Both the position numbers and the translations under genes were made by a program. Positions 48,008 to 58,400 of a stretch of 64,000 nucleotides of DNA are shown piece by piece (positions within the stretch are counted from its first letter, which is position 1; each line of letters starts with the position of its first letter). The stretch spans positions 4,024 to 68,023 of the forward strand of contig JAISJP010000003.1 of assembly GCA_031261455.1 (NCBI GenBank), given 5' to 3'. This stretch comes from Propionibacteriaceae bacterium (lineage in GTDB: Bacteria > Actinomycetota > Actinomycetes > Propionibacteriales > Propionibacteriaceae). The notes beneath the pieces were generated by a model. It was not told where the DNA came from and did no database searches. It saw only the letters and a list, made by a program, of their open reading frames with translations.

Positions 48008-48481
48008 TCAGGACGCCTTGGTTTGGGCCTGTTCCAACGCCGCTATCGACGCCTCAAGAAACTGTTTGTGCGCCCATGTGGCACCGGCGATCACGTCCAC
48101 GTCGTTCGGGTTGCCCACCTTCAAAAGGTCAAGGGCGTACATCTCAAACTGCGCCACGGCGAACTGCGCCTTGGCGTAAGATCGCTCGTTGGTCACCTGA
48201 CCGCTGGAGTCTTTGCCGTAGCTCTCGTCCTTCAGCGACCCGTCGGAGTTGATGCCGTGGAACTCTGCGTCAACAATCTTGCCGCTGGCGACCGTGATGG
48301 TGATGACACCCTTGCCGCCCTTCTCGTCGAGACTGCTTTGGGACGTGTAAACGCCGTCGGCAAGCGGTTTCGACGTGTCGAATGCCGGACCAGGGTCGTC
48401 GGCACACCCGCTCAGAAGCGCGACCAAGCCGAGGGTGGCAATCGCGCCAACCCGGTTTGAGTTATGTAGTTGTGGTGTCAT
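48008..48481 (-). CDS. FMN-binding domain lipoprotein (predicted ApbE substrate)
   Basis: Lipobox LLSGCAD. Flavinylation-type motif DVIAGATW near the C-terminus. Confidence 0.65.
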   Translation of the reverse strand: MTPQLHNSNRVGAIATLGLVALLSGCADDPGPAFDTSKPLADGVYTSQSSLDEKGGKGVITITVASGKIVDAEFHGINSDGSLKDESYGKDSSGQVTNERSYAKAQFAVAQFEMYALDLLKVGNPNDVDVIAGATWAHKQFLEASIAALEQAQTKAS

Positions 48482-48490
48482 TTTCCTACC

Positions 48491-49171
48491 TTATCTAAGC
48501 ACGGAATCTCGGACCAAAGTACCGTGGTCGAGCACGATTTCACGTGTCCCACGAGCGGCAACAGATGGGTCATGAGTGACGACGATCAGCGTGACGCCTT
48601 GGGTGTGGAGTTCGGCGAACAGCTCCAGCACGGCGGCGGCGTTTGCCGCATCGAGGTTGCCGGTGGGCTCGTCGGCGAGGATCAGCGGGGGCTGGTTTAT
48701 TAGGGCGCGGGCGATGGCGACGCGCTGTTGTTCGCCACCGGACAGTTGGCTAGGACGGTGTGTTGCGCGCGCAGCCAAGCCCACGCGCTCCAGCACCGCC
48801 AGCGCCTCAGACTCGTCGGTGATCGAGTGGTAATACTGCGCCAACATCACGTTTTCGAGTGCGCTCAGATGTCCGATGAGGTGGAACTTCTGAAACACCA
48901 AGCCAATCTGCTCGCGACGCACCCTAGTCAAATCGTTTTCATTCATGTTTGCGAGGTTTAGGCCCGAGATCTCCACCACGCCGGACGTTGGCCTGTCCAT
49001 ACAGCCGATCAGATTCATACACGTGGTCTTGCCCGACCCCGATGGCCCCACAATCGACACCCACTCGCCCTGCTTGACCACTAGGTCGAGTTCGTCGAGC
49101 GCTTTAAGCTCACCGTACGCCTTGGTCACCTTGTCCATCCGCACTGCGTCTGTCATTTCACTCATTCTCAT
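48491..49171 (-). CDS. ABC transporter ATP-binding protein (MacB/LolD-like)
   Basis: [17 protein letters not shown] and [11 protein letters not shown] motifs. Confidence 0.9.
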   Translation of the reverse strand: MRMSEMTDAVRMDKVTKAYGELKALDELDLVVKQGEWVSIVGPSGSGKTTCMNLIGCMDRPTSGVVEISGLNLANMNENDLTRVRREQIGLVFQKFHLIGHLSALENVMLAQYYHSITDESEALAVLERVGLAARATHRPSQLSGGEQQRVAIARALINQPPLILADEPTGNLDAANAAAVLELFAELHTQGVTLIVVTHDPSVAARGTREIVLDHGTLVRDSVLR

Positions 49172-50310
49172 TCCTCCCGCAAAACTAGGGCCGGATCAAT
49201 CGCGGCGGCACGACTCACCGGATGACGGCTGGCCAGCCACGCCAGCAGCATGGCCGTACCGACGCAAACCAACCCAAACCAGACGTTGAATCGGACGTCC
49301 GCCGCAAACACCTGCTGACTGACCGTGTTAGCGAGCACGTACCCCAACCCGACGCCCAAAGTGCCGCCGAGCGCGCCCAGCACCACAGCCTCGCCGATGA
49401 ACTCGCGCTGGATCGACCTGCTGCTCGCACCAAGCGCCATGCGCAGGGCGATCTCGACGCGACGCTCGGTGACCACAGCCATCATTGTGGTCGAGATCCC
49501 GATCAGCGTCAGCGCGAGCACGATCACCGACACCAGCACCAGCAGCGACCGCAACATTGCCAACACTTGAGCTTCGGAGCTGGCCATCCGCTGCACGGGG
49601 GACGCCGTCACTCCCGCGACACTCCCGTTGATCTGGGCAGCGAGGGCCGACAGTTGAGTCTGATCCAGCGCCACCGAGAACTCAGCGATGTCGTACCTGC
49701 CGCCGCGTCCGGTGAGGGTGGTGAGGTCTGACTCAGTGATCACCACCAGCGCATCCTCGTTGCCACCAGCGGAGAAGATGCCGCTGACCTGCAGTCGCAG
49801 TTGCTGCTCGATGCTGGCACCTTCAAGGGTGACTCGCTGCCCCACCTGCAATCCGATCCAATCCGCCACATCACGTCCGACCAGTACTTCACCTGACTGA
49901 CTAGGCCATTCGCCGTCAAGATCCCAGTAACCCTTGACTGACTTGGCGGCTGCAATGTCTGTCCCCGCAGCCAAGTAGGGCTGCTCGTTGATGGTGATTG
50001 TCTGGAACCGGAAGGCGGCATGCGCGACCAGCGCGTCGTCAGGAATCAGCTCCTCAGCCTGTTGCAGTTGGGTAGCGTCTAGTTCTGATTCGGGACTGAC
50101 AAGCAGGTTTGCGCCCAGTCCGCGCAACTCCTGCCCCAGTTGACGTGGCACGTCCAAAGCGAGCGTGGCCAAACTGAACATCGTGCTCGCCCCGATGGCG
50201 ACAGCCAGCAGCTCGATCAGCACCCGCGAGCGTCGTCGCATCAGTGACGCCCGCAGCAGTCGGAACCGCATCCGCCTGCCAGCAAGACTGCTCCCACTCA
50301 TCCCAATCAC
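49168..50310 (-). CDS. ABC transporter permease, FtsX/MacB type
   Basis: N-terminal TM, large extracytoplasmic domain, three C-terminal TMs. 4-nt overlaps with both neighbours. Confidence 0.8.
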   Translation of the reverse strand: MIGMSGSSLAGRRMRFRLLRASLMRRRSRVLIELLAVAIGASTMFSLATLALDVPRQLGQELRGLGANLLVSPESELDATQLQQAEELIPDDALVAHAAFRFQTITINEQPYLAAGTDIAAAKSVKGYWDLDGEWPSQSGEVLVGRDVADWIGLQVGQRVTLEGASIEQQLRLQVSGIFSAGGNEDALVVITESDLTTLTGRGGRYDIAEFSVALDQTQLSALAAQINGSVAGVTASPVQRMASSEAQVLAMLRSLLVLVSVIVLALTLIGISTTMMAVVTERRVEIALRMALGASSRSIQREFIGEAVVLGALGGTLGVGLGYVLANTVSQQVFAADVRFNVWFGLVCVGTAMLLAWLASRHPVSRAAAIDPALVLREE

Positions 50311-51692
50311 CGCCCGTGCAGAACGTCGGCGGGACGCAGTCGGAGCAGTTGGGAGACTGCCGGCAAACTACCTGCAAGCACGACCAGCACCACCAACACC
50401 GCAGTCAACCCGGCAACGGCGGCGCGGATCGAGATCCACGAACCGAACACCACCTGCCCGATGACTTGCGACGCGGCAACGCCCAGTCCGTAACCGAGCA
50501 GACCTCCCAACGCCCCGACGACACTCATTTCGCTCAAGATCAGGCGCACCACGGCACCATTCGTGGCGCCTATCGCCTTCAGCAGGCCGATCTCGGCCGA
50601 GCGTTCCAGCACCGAAGCTGTCACCAGGTTGGCGATGCATAGCGCGGCCGACAGCAGGGCCAACACCGTGACCAGCACCATCAACAACTGCGTCTTAGTG
50701 AGGATGACCCCCTGTGTCTCGGTGACCAACCTCACCGGCTTGGCGACCGCACCGTCGATCACCTCCTCGATCTGGTAGGCGATCGCGGACGCGTACGCGG
50801 TGCAGTACCACGTCTCCCAGTCGGAGACCGAGAGGGACTGTGGACTGCGGGCCGCGCGTCGCGACAGATCATTATCGGGCGTAGTCAGCGCCGAAACCTC
50901 GATCCAATCGACCTCGCCCTCGCGGTCGCTCAGCCGTTGAATCACCGCCATCGGGGCGATAATCTGGTCGTCCTCGTCACCACCGGAGTTGATGATGCCA
51001 GCAATCCGTAGCCGGACCGACTGCCCGTCCACAGCATCACCGCCACTGCCACCGTCGGCTCCACCACCGCCTCCGTCACCCGCTCCACCGCCGCCTCCGT
51101 CGCCAACTCCAGTTCCGACTCCAGCGCCGCTGCCGACGCCAACGTCAACGTAGTCGCCCAACGCAAGGCCAAGCCGAGCCGCAGCCGTGACGCCGATCAG
51201 CACCATATCCTCCTCGGCATCAGCGATCCAACCGCCGTCGATGCTCCACCAACTGCGCAGGCCGATCAGCCCGGCGACCGCCATCTCGCCGGTGGGTAGC
51301 GATAACTCCTTCGCGAACCACGTGCCGACCAGCGTGACCGGTTCACCGTTGGCCTCGCCTTTGACGGACAGGAACGGGCTGAACTGCAGCACGTTGAATG
51401 CCCAGAAGATCGTCTTGATGTTGGCAACTTGGTCCTCGCGCAGCGGTTCCCCCGCCTCAATGCCGTCGAGGTCGTAGAACTGGTCCAGCACCGCCGCGCC
51501 CCGGGGTCGTACCACAATGTTGGCACCGTACGTGCTCAGCTCGCGGCTCACCTTGTCCCCAATGTCGAACATGACCGCCAGCATCGACGTGGCGACACAT
51601 GACCCCAACGCCGTAGTCAGCGCGATTAGCACCTTTCCGCCCCGATTGAACGTCAGGGAACGAAACAACATCCGCAAGAACATCTTGACCAC
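50307..51692 (-). CDS. ABC transporter permease, FtsX/MacB type, with Gly/Asp-rich insert
   Basis: Same architecture as the neighbouring permease. Insert GVGSGAGVGTGVGDGGGGGAGDGGGGGADGGSGGD lies in the extracytoplasmic domain. Confidence 0.8.
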   Translation of the reverse strand: MVKMFLRMLFRSLTFNRGGKVLIALTTALGSCVATSMLAVMFDIGDKVSRELSTYGANIVVRPRGAAVLDQFYDLDGIEAGEPLREDQVANIKTIFWAFNVLQFSPFLSVKGEANGEPVTLVGTWFAKELSLPTGEMAVAGLIGLRSWWSIDGGWIADAEEDMVLIGVTAAARLGLALGDYVDVGVGSGAGVGTGVGDGGGGGAGDGGGGGADGGSGGDAVDGQSVRLRIAGIINSGGDEDDQIIAPMAVIQRLSDREGEVDWIEVSALTTPDNDLSRRAARSPQSLSVSDWETWYCTAYASAIAYQIEEVIDGAVAKPVRLVTETQGVILTKTQLLMVLVTVLALLSAALCIANLVTASVLERSAEIGLLKAIGATNGAVVRLILSEMSVVGALGGLLGYGLGVAASQVIGQVVFGSWISIRAAVAGLTAVLVVLVVLAGSLPAVSQLLRLRPADVLHGR

Positions 51693-51711
51693 GCGCTATA
51701 CCTCCCCACCG

Positions 51712-53133
51712 TCACGCAAAGATGTGTGAGACCGACTCGAGGTCGTCTAGGTCGATGATCAGTTGACCGTCAATGATCTGGTGGCCCAGCGGGATGGGGT
51801 TGCAGCCGCCGCGGAAGCCGATGGTGGCGATGTTCATGATCACGTCGCACAGCCGACAGATGATGTTGCCGTCGCGTTCGTAGTAGCCGGTGGCGCCGCA
51901 GATCTCGCACGCGTCCAGCCCGACGCCGTAGGAGACGCCGTTGCGCATGACCACGATGAAACGCACCTCAATCCCGTCGGACGTGACGTACGCGAAACGG
52001 TGCATGTGCCCATCGCTCACGTCCTCAAGGGGGACGATGGCCTGGCCGTTGCTGATCGTGAACGGCTCCGGCTCGGACAGTTCGGGCGTGTACTCGTTCA
52101 GCCAGGCGCCGACGGTGACCGCAAAGATGATGGCGCCAACCCCGAGCAGCGCCAGGCAGGCGAAGCGGATCTTGCTGAGCGCGTGCGCCTTCGCCAGTCG
52201 GGTCTGGGCGGCGTTGGCGTCGGCAGGAATTATGGGACGACGGTTCGCCCTGAGGCACGCGACCGCGCCGACGAGCGCCAAGGTCGTCAGCACAAACAGC
52301 ACAATCCCTTGGTGGTTGACCGCCCAAACGAGCGCCATGAAGGCGTCATGGGACAGCTTGATGAGACGCCGCGAGAACAGCACCTGCGCCACCACAACCA
52401 CCTGCCAGGCTGCGTAGACCACCGCGCCGACGATCAGCAAGACGAACGCAAGACGGCGGGACAGCCCCTCGCCCGCCTTGGCAAACGCGAACGAACCCAT
52501 CGCCACCGTGATGGTCCCCAGCAGGAATCCCACCACGCGTAACAACGTGTCCGTCGAGAACACCGGTTGTCCCGGCACCAAGAACGACGTGAACTGCAAG
52601 AACGCCGCCGGAAGCGCCGCAAACAGCACCACCGCGCTCAGCATCGCGAAAACGACGCGAATTATCGGCTCAACTACTATGAGTCCTGCGACTTCGCGCA
52701 GGGCGTGGGTGTTGGGTTGGCCGTCAACCAGAGCGCCCTGCCTGCTGTCAGCGGGGGCGACCGCCTTTCCCGTCATCCTGCGCGAAGTCGCCGGATCCAT
52801 GGCGCAGATGCGGCCCCTACCGACCTTTAGTACGCTCAAGACCAGCGTGAGCAACGTCAGCACGACGATGGCGACCGCGGACCACATTGAGACCAACTCG
52901 CGGTTGATCCAGGTGGTCGTCTCACGCAGGACTGCAAGGGCAAGCGCGGCGGCGATCCCGGCAGCCACACCGGACGCGAAGAGTCGTCGCGTCAAACCTA
53001 ACGCGCGTGATTCTTGCGTCTGAGTGATCGCACAGTCTGCCCCGAACCGTGCTGCCTGCCAGATCCATAGCAGGGAGACCAGCAGCACGGCGGGGGCAGC
53101 GGCTTGAATCACGCTCACATATTGCCCAAGCAT
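51712..53133 (-). CDS. DUF2318-type membrane protein with C-terminal Cys-rich domain
   Basis: Multiple TMs. C-terminal GLDACEICGATGYYERDGNIICRLCD. Position after the P19 gene matches campylobacterial P19/FTR1 clusters. Confidence 0.65.
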   Translation of the reverse strand: MLGQYVSVIQAAAPAVLLVSLLWIWQAARFGADCAITQTQESRALGLTRRLFASGVAAGIAAALALAVLRETTTWINRELVSMWSAVAIVVLTLLTLVLSVLKVGRGRICAMDPATSRRMTGKAVAPADSRQGALVDGQPNTHALREVAGLIVVEPIIRVVFAMLSAVVLFAALPAAFLQFTSFLVPGQPVFSTDTLLRVVGFLLGTITVAMGSFAFAKAGEGLSRRLAFVLLIVGAVVYAAWQVVVVAQVLFSRRLIKLSHDAFMALVWAVNHQGIVLFVLTTLALVGAVACLRANRRPIIPADANAAQTRLAKAHALSKIRFACLALLGVGAIIFAVTVGAWLNEYTPELSEPEPFTISNGQAIVPLEDVSDGHMHRFAYVTSDGIEVRFIVVMRNGVSYGVGLDACEICGATGYYERDGNIICRLCDVIMNIATIGFRGGCNPIPLGHQIIDGQLIIDLDDLESVSHIFA

Positions 53134-53148
53134 GAAGTCAGTGCATCC

Positions 53149-53778
53149 TCACCACTGGCGGGGGATGTAGTCAAAATCCCAAGAGACAACGATGGGCTCG
53201 CTCCAGAAGCGCCCGGTCACGCCGGTCTCCGGGTCGATATGCAGCACGGTGCCAGTGTCCTCGGGCGACTTGATGGAGAACGTCACCACATACGAACCAG
53301 CGTTTGGCAAGGCGATATTTGCGCCGTAATGCGGACCATCGGAGGCGTTCATCGGCATGAACGTGCCCTCAGCGGCAGTCCTGGATGTGGCAGAATCGAC
53401 AATCTTGTAATCGACCGTGAGTCCGGGCACAAAGTCGCCAACGCCGTATCCCAGATTGTTGCCGTCAGCGGCGGAGATGTCCGCCTCAATGTGCATGTCC
53501 GACTCGGCTGCGGTCAAGCCCATGCCCGCAGGAGCCATGTCAACCGGCTGGAAGTACACCGCCGCAATGTCCAACGGACCGGACGTCTGCGGGTCCCCAA
53601 TCGGGAACTCCTCAAACCCTGCGGCCTCCTCATCGCCCGGTGCGGGAGCCTGAGCCTGGGTGGCGTTGCTGGTGGTGTTTGTGGCGGCGGTCTTGGTGTC
53701 GTCGTCGCTACTACACGCGCCCAACCCCAGCAGCATGACCAGAGCAGAAGCCCCAGTCAGCGTCTTCTTCATATTCAT
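53149..53778 (-). CDS. P19/Tp34-family periplasmic iron-transport lipoprotein
   Basis: Lipobox LGLGACS. FEEFPIGD, MHIEADI and FMPMNASDGPHYG motifs. Confidence 0.8.
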   Translation of the reverse strand: MNMKKTLTGASALVMLLGLGACSSDDDTKTAATNTTSNATQAQAPAPGDEEAAGFEEFPIGDPQTSGPLDIAAVYFQPVDMAPAGMGLTAAESDMHIEADISAADGNNLGYGVGDFVPGLTVDYKIVDSATSRTAAEGTFMPMNASDGPHYGANIALPNAGSYVVTFSIKSPEDTGTVLHIDPETGVTGRFWSEPIVVSWDFDYIPRQW

Positions 53779-55040
53779 TCGATTACCTCTCCTTTTGTGT
53801 TTTCTTGTTGGATTTCGGACGCTCGAATATCGTCGTCCGGACGTCTGCGTAGTGACGTGAGCGTGATCCCGATCAGGAGCAGCAGCACGAATGCCTGCGC
53901 AGCCAGCGACTCAACCGTGGGATGAATGCCGAGCAGATCGATGGCTGGCACGTGCGACACGGGGGTGATGCTGACGAGGTCACCCTCCTGCAGTTCGGTG
54001 ATGCCTGAGCCGGCGAAACTGAACGCCATCAGCGCCAGCAGAGTCGATGTTGCCAAGAAGAATGGGCGCAACGGCAGCCGAACCGACAGGTATCGAATGG
54101 CGACATACACCACGATCAGCGCCACAAACCCGACGCCGGCACCGGCCCACAGCACCGAGTTTTGATCGGTGGCTTGCGCGCCAAGCGCCTTGAACATCAG
54201 CACCACCTCGGCGCCCTCACGGAACACGGCGAGGAACGCGACGAACGCTAGCGACAGCACCGAACCGCTCTCCAATGACGCGTCGGTTTTGGTCTTGATG
54301 TAGTGCTTCCACGACCGCTCGTCGGCCTTCTTCGCCATCCACGATGACGCCCAGATCAGCATGGCGCAGGCCAACAGGATGGTGATGCCCTCAATCACCT
54401 CTTGACTAGCCCCTGCCAGCGCGGTGATTCTGTCAATAGCGACGGCCAGCAGCACCGACGCCGACAGCGCGAACCCGGCACCGGCGTAGATGATGGGAAG
54501 TTGTTCGCGCTGCCCGGCCTTTACCAGATACGAGATGATCGCACCGAGCACCAGGATTGCCTCAGCACCTTCGCGCAGGATGATGGTCAACGCGTCCACA
54601 AACAGCTTGGAGTTGGACGCCCCCGGACCGTCCAGTTGTCGGGCCTGATCCAGCAGCATCCCCTGCAGCGCCTCGATGTGGAGTGTGACCTCTGCGGCCG
54701 GTCCGCCCGCAAGAATCGTCGTCTTGATTATGCCAAACTCGTACTCGGCAGCCGTCGCCGAAGCCCCCGAGACATAGGCCATGACGACCTTCTCAAACCC
54801 CTTGGCCTCGTAGTACGTGTAGTAGGCATCGTTCACCTGATCGCGAGCCGCCTCCAACTGCCCGACCTCAAAGGTGGCCTGTGCGTCGTCAAGAATCCCA
54901 TTCATGGTGGCGGCGACGGCGGTCCAGGTATTCTCCCCCGGCTCACTCACGCTTGTCGAACCAAACGCCAGTAGCCACGCAGCAACTGCCACAAGGAAAC
55001 TCCCCAGCACCGCCCCCAGCAGCAAGTAGTTGCGCTTCAC
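53775..55040 (-). CDS. FTR1-family iron permease with N-terminal extracytoplasmic extension
   Basis: Two REGAE motifs (ILREGAEAILV, VFREGAEVVLM). ORF 53775..55061, likely GTG start 55040. 4-nt overlap with the P19 gene. Confidence 0.85.
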   Translation of the reverse strand: MKRNYLLLGAVLGSFLVAVAAWLLAFGSTSVSEPGENTWTAVAATMNGILDDAQATFEVGQLEAARDQVNDAYYTYYEAKGFEKVVMAYVSGASATAAEYEFGIIKTTILAGGPAAEVTLHIEALQGMLLDQARQLDGPGASNSKLFVDALTIILREGAEAILVLGAIISYLVKAGQREQLPIIYAGAGFALSASVLLAVAIDRITALAGASQEVIEGITILLACAMLIWASSWMAKKADERSWKHYIKTKTDASLESGSVLSLAFVAFLAVFREGAEVVLMFKALGAQATDQNSVLWAGAGVGFVALIVVYVAIRYLSVRLPLRPFFLATSTLLALMAFSFAGSGITELQEGDLVSITPVSHVPAIDLLGIHPTVESLAAQAFVLLLLIGITLTSLRRRPDDDIRASEIQQENTKGEVIE

Positions 55041-55070
55041 GCTCGCCCTTTCCAAGCCCAATCACCATTT

Positions 55071-55090
55071 ACGCAACGCCAACGTTGCGT
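55071..55090. promoter_or_regulatory. 8-4-8 inverted repeat upstream of the FTR1 operon (candidate metalloregulator operator)
   Basis: ACGCAACG-ccaa-CGTTGCGT, about 30 nt upstream of the likely start. On the operon strand it is followed by a TAAAT -10-like hexamer. Confidence 0.3.
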
Positions 55091-55440
55091 TATGGTTCAA
55101 GAAGTGAGCCTATAGCAGTCATACGGGTATGCGCAAGCCCTATCTTGGATGTTGGCCGACGACTATTCGTCAATCGCTGCGGACAGTCAACCTATTTATG
55201 CAACTGCTAAGTTGCTAAAATAATAGACTCGCTGTGCAGTGTCTCAGCGTGATCCACTCAAGAGTGCTGCTCGCTTCTGCGGCCCGACTCCAAACTGTCG
55301 CCGCAAGTGCCACTGTGCGCAGGGGGGTGTTGCCGTAGCTGAGATGCGTGATGTAGCCCAATTGCAAGTGCGACGTGCGCTGTGTTCCCCTCGCGTCCGC
55401 AAGGGTGCATGAGCGAACTCTTGATGGAGCTCCTGACGAT

Positions 55441-58400
55441 CTATTCGCTGCGGAGGGACTCGACGGGGTCGCTGCGGGAGGCGGCGCTGGAAGGGATTAG
55501 GCCGGCGATGAAGGTCAGGCCCATGGAGACGGCGATTAGGACTAGGCCGGAGGTGGGGGACAGGCGGGCAATATCAACAATGTCGAAGCGTTGCTCGATT
55601 ATCACGTTGGCTATGGCGGCGAGGATCAGGGTGATGCCAACGCCCATGGCACCAGCGACTGCGCCGACGATCAGGGTTTCGGCGTTGAAGACGTTGGCAA
55701 TGTCACGTTTGGAGGCGCCGATGGCGCGCAGGATGCCGATCTCTTTGCGTCGCTCCAGCACAGAGATGTACGTGATGACGCCGATCATAATGGACGAAAC
55801 GACCAACGAGATCGAAACGAAAGCGACCAGAACCATGGAGATCTTGTCGATAATGTCAGTCACCGACGTCATCAACGTGCCCACCAGGTCGGTGTAAGTA
55901 ATGACTTTGGTGTCCTCACCGGTGGCCTTCTGCGCAGCGTTATAGCCGTCCAGAATCTCGACGATTCTCTGCTTGCTCTCAAAATCGATGGGATAGATGT
56001 CTATCTGACTAGGCTTTTCAAGGGTGGCATAGCCGAGACGACGCAGGTTCGAGTCGTACGAGTCGTAGGACGTGTTCATCAGCGACGTCATCAACTGACT
56101 CATCTGCTCGCCGGTCATGTTGAACTTGAACGCACCGGTGATGGTCTCCGGGCTGATGTTCAGCGCCGAACCGAGTTGGGAACCCATGCTGCCCATCGCC
56201 GAGCTCATGTACGAGTTCAGTTGGCTCTCAAGGTTGTTCGCCACCGAGGTCATCATCGACGCCATGAGGGACTGCATGTAGCTGTTCAGCGCGGTGGACA
56301 CCTCAGCCTGCAACTGGTCGCTGTCGATCGCGCCCGCAAGACCGGCCGCCAACTTGGCCTGCACTTCGGGACGATTCAGGTACTCCTCGAAACTGGCCGC
56401 AATCTCGTCGCCTGTGGGGATGGACGGCAGCACCGTTGGCAGGACAGTGGGAGGAGCAGTGGGGGACGGTGAGGGCGAAGGCGGCGGAAAGACGCCAGGA
56501 AACATGGTCCCCAGCAGTTCGTTCAGGTAGCCCGACAGAATGTCACCCATCACGGCGGCAAGCTTGGCCTGGTCCACCACCCCCGTCAGGTCAACGCCGG
56601 ACAACAGCGTCATCAAATCTGGCACCTCGATAGGCGGCATGCTGGCGAGCAGTTGGCTGGTGTCAATGTCGATGGACGGGAAGCTCAGGGCACCCGGATC
56701 AACCTGGAAGGCGCGGCTGAGCGCGTCGGCATCCACACTGATCAACTGGGCAAAATCGAAGGTGGCCAGCAGGTCGCCCTTGGCCTCCTCCGCGAAGGTC
56801 CTGCCGGAGAACACATTCACGTCTGGGTGAGCCATCTGGCTCTTGACGATTTGGGAGTTGGCGGACGCAGTCATCACGTCACCAATCAAATCGTCGGTGT
56901 AGTACAAGCCTGGCTGCATAGATACAGTTGTGGTGTCCTCACTGGCACGCACCACACCCGAGATGTTGAGCGTCCGTCCTTGTGAAACGAGAGTTTGCAG
57001 TGCGGCACTGTCGGCACGCTGGTCCGCCCACATGCCCAAGGTGGCGTCGTAACGATAGAAGTCACCAGCGTTCACCTGCTTGAAAGTGATGCCCATCACC
57101 TCGTCGTACGTGAACGTCAGTCGCTCGGTCGGCAAATCCACCGCCTCGTTGTTGGCAAATTTGCGCAACATTTCAGCAAAGTCGGCTGGGTCGCGCAGCC
57201 CCATGGCGTACAGCGCGATGTCGGGCAGACCGCCGCTGCTGGTGAGCACCAGCAACAGTTCGTCGTCACCCTTGGGCCACTCTCCAGCCACCAGGTCGTA
57301 CTGTTTCTGCACCAGCGACACGTCGGACGGCAGCGCATGGAACACGTCTGTGGAAGTGAACATTGACATCAGCGAACTGCTGGACGCCCCACTTCCCATG
57401 CCAAGACTCGACAGCATGTCATTCGGGTTCACTTGCCGGACCGATTTGTCGTTGGCAACCGAGAATATCTGCGGCGTCAGGTCGTATGAGTATTGAATGG
57501 CGTTGGTGTACGGTTTGATGCCTGACGCGGGCGAGTCGAGGAACGCCTTCAGCGACGCCAGGTCGTTGGCCCCGACGCGCTGGAAGATGCGGGTCATCGT
57601 CTGAAACTCGCGAACCTCGGCGTTCGCCCAAACGCTTGGGTCTCGCGTGGGGTCGGCGCTGGCGCTGGGCTGCGAGTCGTCACCGGTGGCCGCCCCTAGC
57701 ATCGATCCAATATCAATGCCAGTGGCGTAGATCGACAGTGGATACAGCGACAGCGTGTCCTCTTCGACACTCTTGATATAGGCGTTCACGCCGTTCGCCA
57801 GCGCTAGGATCGCGGCGATGCCGATGATGCCGATGGAGCCCGCAAAGCTGGTCATCAGCGTGCGGCCCTTTTTCGTCAGCAAGTTCATAAACGACAGCGA
57901 AATGGCCGTCAAAAACCCCATTGAGGTGCGTTTTGACGGCTTGGCGGCCCGCACTTCGGCCTCGGCCGCCGGGTCGAACGGGTCGGTGTCCGTGGTGATG
58001 GAGCCGTCGTGCAACGTGACCGTGCGCGTAGCATACTCCGCAGCAAGGTCGGGGTTGTGCGTCACCATGATGACCAGCCGGTCAGACGCGATGTTGGTAA
58101 GCAACGCCATCACTTCGACGGACGTCTTGGAATCCAGTGCGCCGGTGGGTTCGTCAGCCAGCAGAATCTCCGGGTCATTGATGAGCGCACGCGCGATGGC
58201 AACGCGCTGCATCTGCCCACCACTGAGCTGACTGGGCAGTTTATGCACATGGTCAGCCAAACCGACGTCCGTTAGCGCCTGAATCGCGCGCTCACGACGA
58301 GTCTCGCGGTCAACACCAGAGAGCGTCAAAGCCAACTCGACGTTGGCGAGCACGGTCTGGTGCGGGATCAGATTGTAGGACTGAAAGACGAAGCCGATGC

